DNA from: a virus
Lineage: Duplodnaviria; Heunggongvirae; Uroviricota; Caudoviricetes
DNA: 64,000 nt
Strand: one strand, 5' to 3'
IMG/VR virus record: IMGVR_UViG_3300029656_000140
Below are positions 62,080-64,000 of the stretch, in pieces. Both the position numbers and the translations under genes were made by a program. The notes under the pieces are model-generated. The model saw only the letters and a list, made by a program, of their open reading frames with translations, was not told the DNA's origin and did not search any database. Position 1 is the stretch's first letter, and every line of letters begins with the position of its first letter.

Positions 62080-62311
62080 CCGGCTTCGCCTCCTCTGCCC
62101 GCCAGACACCGATGCGTGGGCGTTTCTTTTCCTGGTGTTCCCTTTTCGGGTGTTTCCTTTGGCGTTGCTTCTTCCTGCGTTCTTCCCGAACCACATTGCC
62201 GATGGCTTCATTGGCAGTCGGGTCCGGGTGGCTGTGACTGACTTTCCTGTTCGGGGAGCTTTCCTCTTTGTGTTCTGTGATCCAGTGAATGACATCTTCC
62301 ATACCGTCACC

Positions 62312-63379
62312 TCACTGATTGATCTGCTTCCACTGCTGCGGCTCCATCGTGGCTACCTGCCAGCCGATGCCTTCCAGTGTGGTGGCGCGGTCATAGGAAA
62401 CAACGTCCTGCGATGCGCGGGTCACCGCATTAGACAGACCGTACAGAGAAAGATCGCCGCCTTCAATGAGGTACTTGAGGATGCCTTCCTGCTCCTCGGC
62501 ATTGATGCCATAACTCTGGGCAGTCAGCTGCACCACATCCTGCACCTTACCGGTGATCGGTACTGCCATAGATTCCTGCAGGCGGCCGACCACCTGAGAA
62601 AAGCGAGCCTCATCGATGGCAGCCATCGTGGTATCGCGGAGTTTTAGCAGGAATGCCTTGTCTTCCGCTTCCATCGTCTCATCCGAATACAGGGCGAAGC
62701 TGTCCTCCACTGCTTTTGCCTGCCGGCCCACATGGTGACGGCGTTCGCCCATGTCATTGACCACCATACCGTTGGTGCAGACCAGACGATATACCAGCGG
62801 CTGAATGGACACAGCTCCCAGTCCGACCTCGGAGTTGGAGATCATCACACCAGCCTGGACGATATCACCCTTGCGGACTTCCATCTCCAGACGGTGATTG
62901 ACCACCTTGAGATACAGACGGTTCTCCGTTACCTCGCAGGACATGACCTCATACTGGTCGTTACCTGCAAACAGCGGCAGGACAGCTGTGGCAATCTCCA
63001 TGTTGTCGATACGGCGGTATCGTTCCGACAGCAGTGCGCGGGCTACCTGTCCGGCACCGTAATCCATCGAACGGACCATGTAAGAGCTGGGCTTGTCCGC
63101 AAACCAGCTGTTCACGTTCTCGGCAAGAAGTTCCGGCTTCTGCGCCTGCATGAGATCATAGTATTTGGCCGGGATACCCAGTGCCGATGCCACCTGACGA
63201 TGGAACAGGGAGGTCGTACCAAACACCTCCTGCTGGCTGGTCGTAAGATGGTTGATCTCAAAGGTCTGTCCATCCTCCCGGAGGCGCATCCCCTGCGCCG
63301 GACTGATGAAGTCCTGCTTTGCCTGATTCTGACGGTTCAGTTCGACCAGGACTTCCTGCAAATTTCTTCCTGTTTTCAT
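62312..63379 (-). CDS. DUF932-family phage/plasmid protein
   Basis: Size and sequence resemble DUF932 / TIGR03299 proteins. RBS GAGAGG. Confidence 0.5.
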   Translation of the reverse strand: MKTGRNLQEVLVELNRQNQAKQDFISPAQGMRLREDGQTFEINHLTTSQQEVFGTTSLFHRQVASALGIPAKYYDLMQAQKPELLAENVNSWFADKPSSYMVRSMDYGAGQVARALLSERYRRIDNMEIATAVLPLFAGNDQYEVMSCEVTENRLYLKVVNHRLEMEVRKGDIVQAGVMISNSEVGLGAVSIQPLVYRLVCTNGMVVNDMGERRHHVGRQAKAVEDSFALYSDETMEAEDKAFLLKLRDTTMAAIDEARFSQVVGRLQESMAVPITGKVQDVVQLTAQSYGINAEEQEGILKYLIEGGDLSLYGLSNAVTRASQDVVSYDRATTLEGIGWQVATMEPQQWKQINQ

Positions 63380-63478
63380 AGCAATTTTCCTCTCTATCTC
63401 TGCGGCGCATATTTATACGCCTGTTTATGCGTCCGTGTCCTTCCGACAAAAACGCCGTGTTTTTATAACTACAAGTGC

Positions 63479-63817
63479 TTATAATTCCCGGTTGATCATC
63501 TGCTGGATGATCCGAACGGCACCCTGCATACGTCTGCGGTTCAGCCGGGTATCCTGCAGGAGTGTGTCCAGAGCATCCACCTCGTCCCGGATGTCAAAGA
63601 GGACTGACCGCTGATGGTCAGCAAGGTGTTCATTCTCCTGTTCCATGCGGTCGTACTCTTTTTCATAATCATCGATATCCTGCACATTGGTTTCGATATA
63701 TTCCTCGATCTCCCGGCGGAGTTCCTCTCCGGCATAGTCCTGCACCGCATCCAGCAGATCCCGGATGCCAAAGGGTGTAAGGAGTTTTCCGTCTTTCATT
63801 TTTAGAACGTGAGGCAT
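63479..63817 (-). CDS. hypothetical coiled-coil protein
   Basis: A 112-aa acidic ORF. Confidence 0.4.
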   Translation of the reverse strand: MPHVLKMKDGKLLTPFGIRDLLDAVQDYAGEELRREIEEYIETNVQDIDDYEKEYDRMEQENEHLADHQRSVLFDIRDEVDALDTLLQDTRLNRRRMQGAVRIIQQMINREL

Positions 63818-63830
63818 CTCGTTCCCCCTT

Positions 63831-64000
63831 TAATCCTTAAAGTAATAGCTGCCCTTATATCCGGCAGCATTCAGAGGAAGGTCTTTGCACCACTCCGGGT
63901 TAACAGACATCAGCTTGCAGACCTCATCCACTGTGTACTGATTCCTGGGTGCTTCGATGATGACTTCATCGTGAACGTGACCTACGATATTCAGACCATA
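63831..64000 (-). CDS. family-A DNA polymerase, C-terminal fragment (gene continues beyond window end)
   Basis: Translating the reverse strand gives ...YGLNIVGHVHDEVIIEAPRNQYTVDEV...GYKGSYYFKD*, which contains Pol-A motif C (HVHDEV). Coordinates are within ±1 bp because of a counting ambiguity near 63781. Confidence 0.6.

Larger units (their letters stand above)
11425..64000. mobile_element. siphovirus-type prophage (lysis, tail, head, packaging, accessory, DNA modification and replication modules); right end beyond window
   Basis: A complete, collinear set of phage structural and replication genes. Confidence 0.85.

Overview
This window is almost entirely one siphovirus-type prophage of a GC-rich (~55%) Firmicutes/Clostridia host. 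Nearly every gene is on the minus strand, so transcription runs from high to low coordinates. From right to left the modules are: replication (partial family-A DNA polymerase at the window edge, DUF932, VRR-NUC, an SNF2 helicase interrupted by an in-frame TAA, a sigma-like regulator, a PemK/MazF-like protein, a P4-type primase-helicase, MetK, HNH); a DNA-modification module (ParB-N6/N4 methyltransferase, a C5-methyltransferase with a large inserted variable region, and zinc-ribbon proteins); a ~9-kb accessory island (40.1-48.9 kb) of small genes on monocistronic or short units (9 promoter cassettes for ~17 genes), each unit driven by its own copy of a conserved promoter+leader cassette, holding two amidoligase paralogs, two GGCT/AIG2-like paralogs, DpnD/PcfM-like, DUF4314, DUF3846 and strongly acidic proteins; packaging and head (TerS P27, TerL, portal, ClpP protease, HK97 major capsid, connector proteins); tail (major tail protein, an SPFH/band-7 moron, G/GT chaperone with an A_AAA_AAC -1 frameshift site, a plus-strand Phd/RelE toxin-antitoxin moron, a 1970-aa tape measure with three internal repeats, Dit, Tal, two paralogous tail fibres with C-terminal SGNH esterase domains); lysis (holin, a LysM/SH3 wall-binding protein, amidase-glucosaminidase-SH3 endolysin); and a recombination region with three large serine recombinases. 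Two of the recombinases are translationally coupled next to the lysis genes. The third sits in its own minus-strand operon (RecA-like AAA ATPase, recombinase, two small proteins resembling the recombinases' C-terminal domain), divergent from an XRE regulator across a pair of palindromic operators. A low-GC (~38%) cargo gene of unknown function (candidate defence/Abi) and a 53-bp tandem repeat lie between the two recombinase units. No rRNA, tRNA or CRISPR was seen. The most interesting parts are the promoter-cassette accessory island with its amidoligase/GGCT module, the SPFH moron flanked by a duplicated UUCG hairpin, the MetK plus dual methyltransferase arrangement, the triple serine recombinases with standalone recombinase-C-terminal-like proteins, and the low-GC cargo gene. 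All family assignments are from reading motifs by eye; no database search was run.
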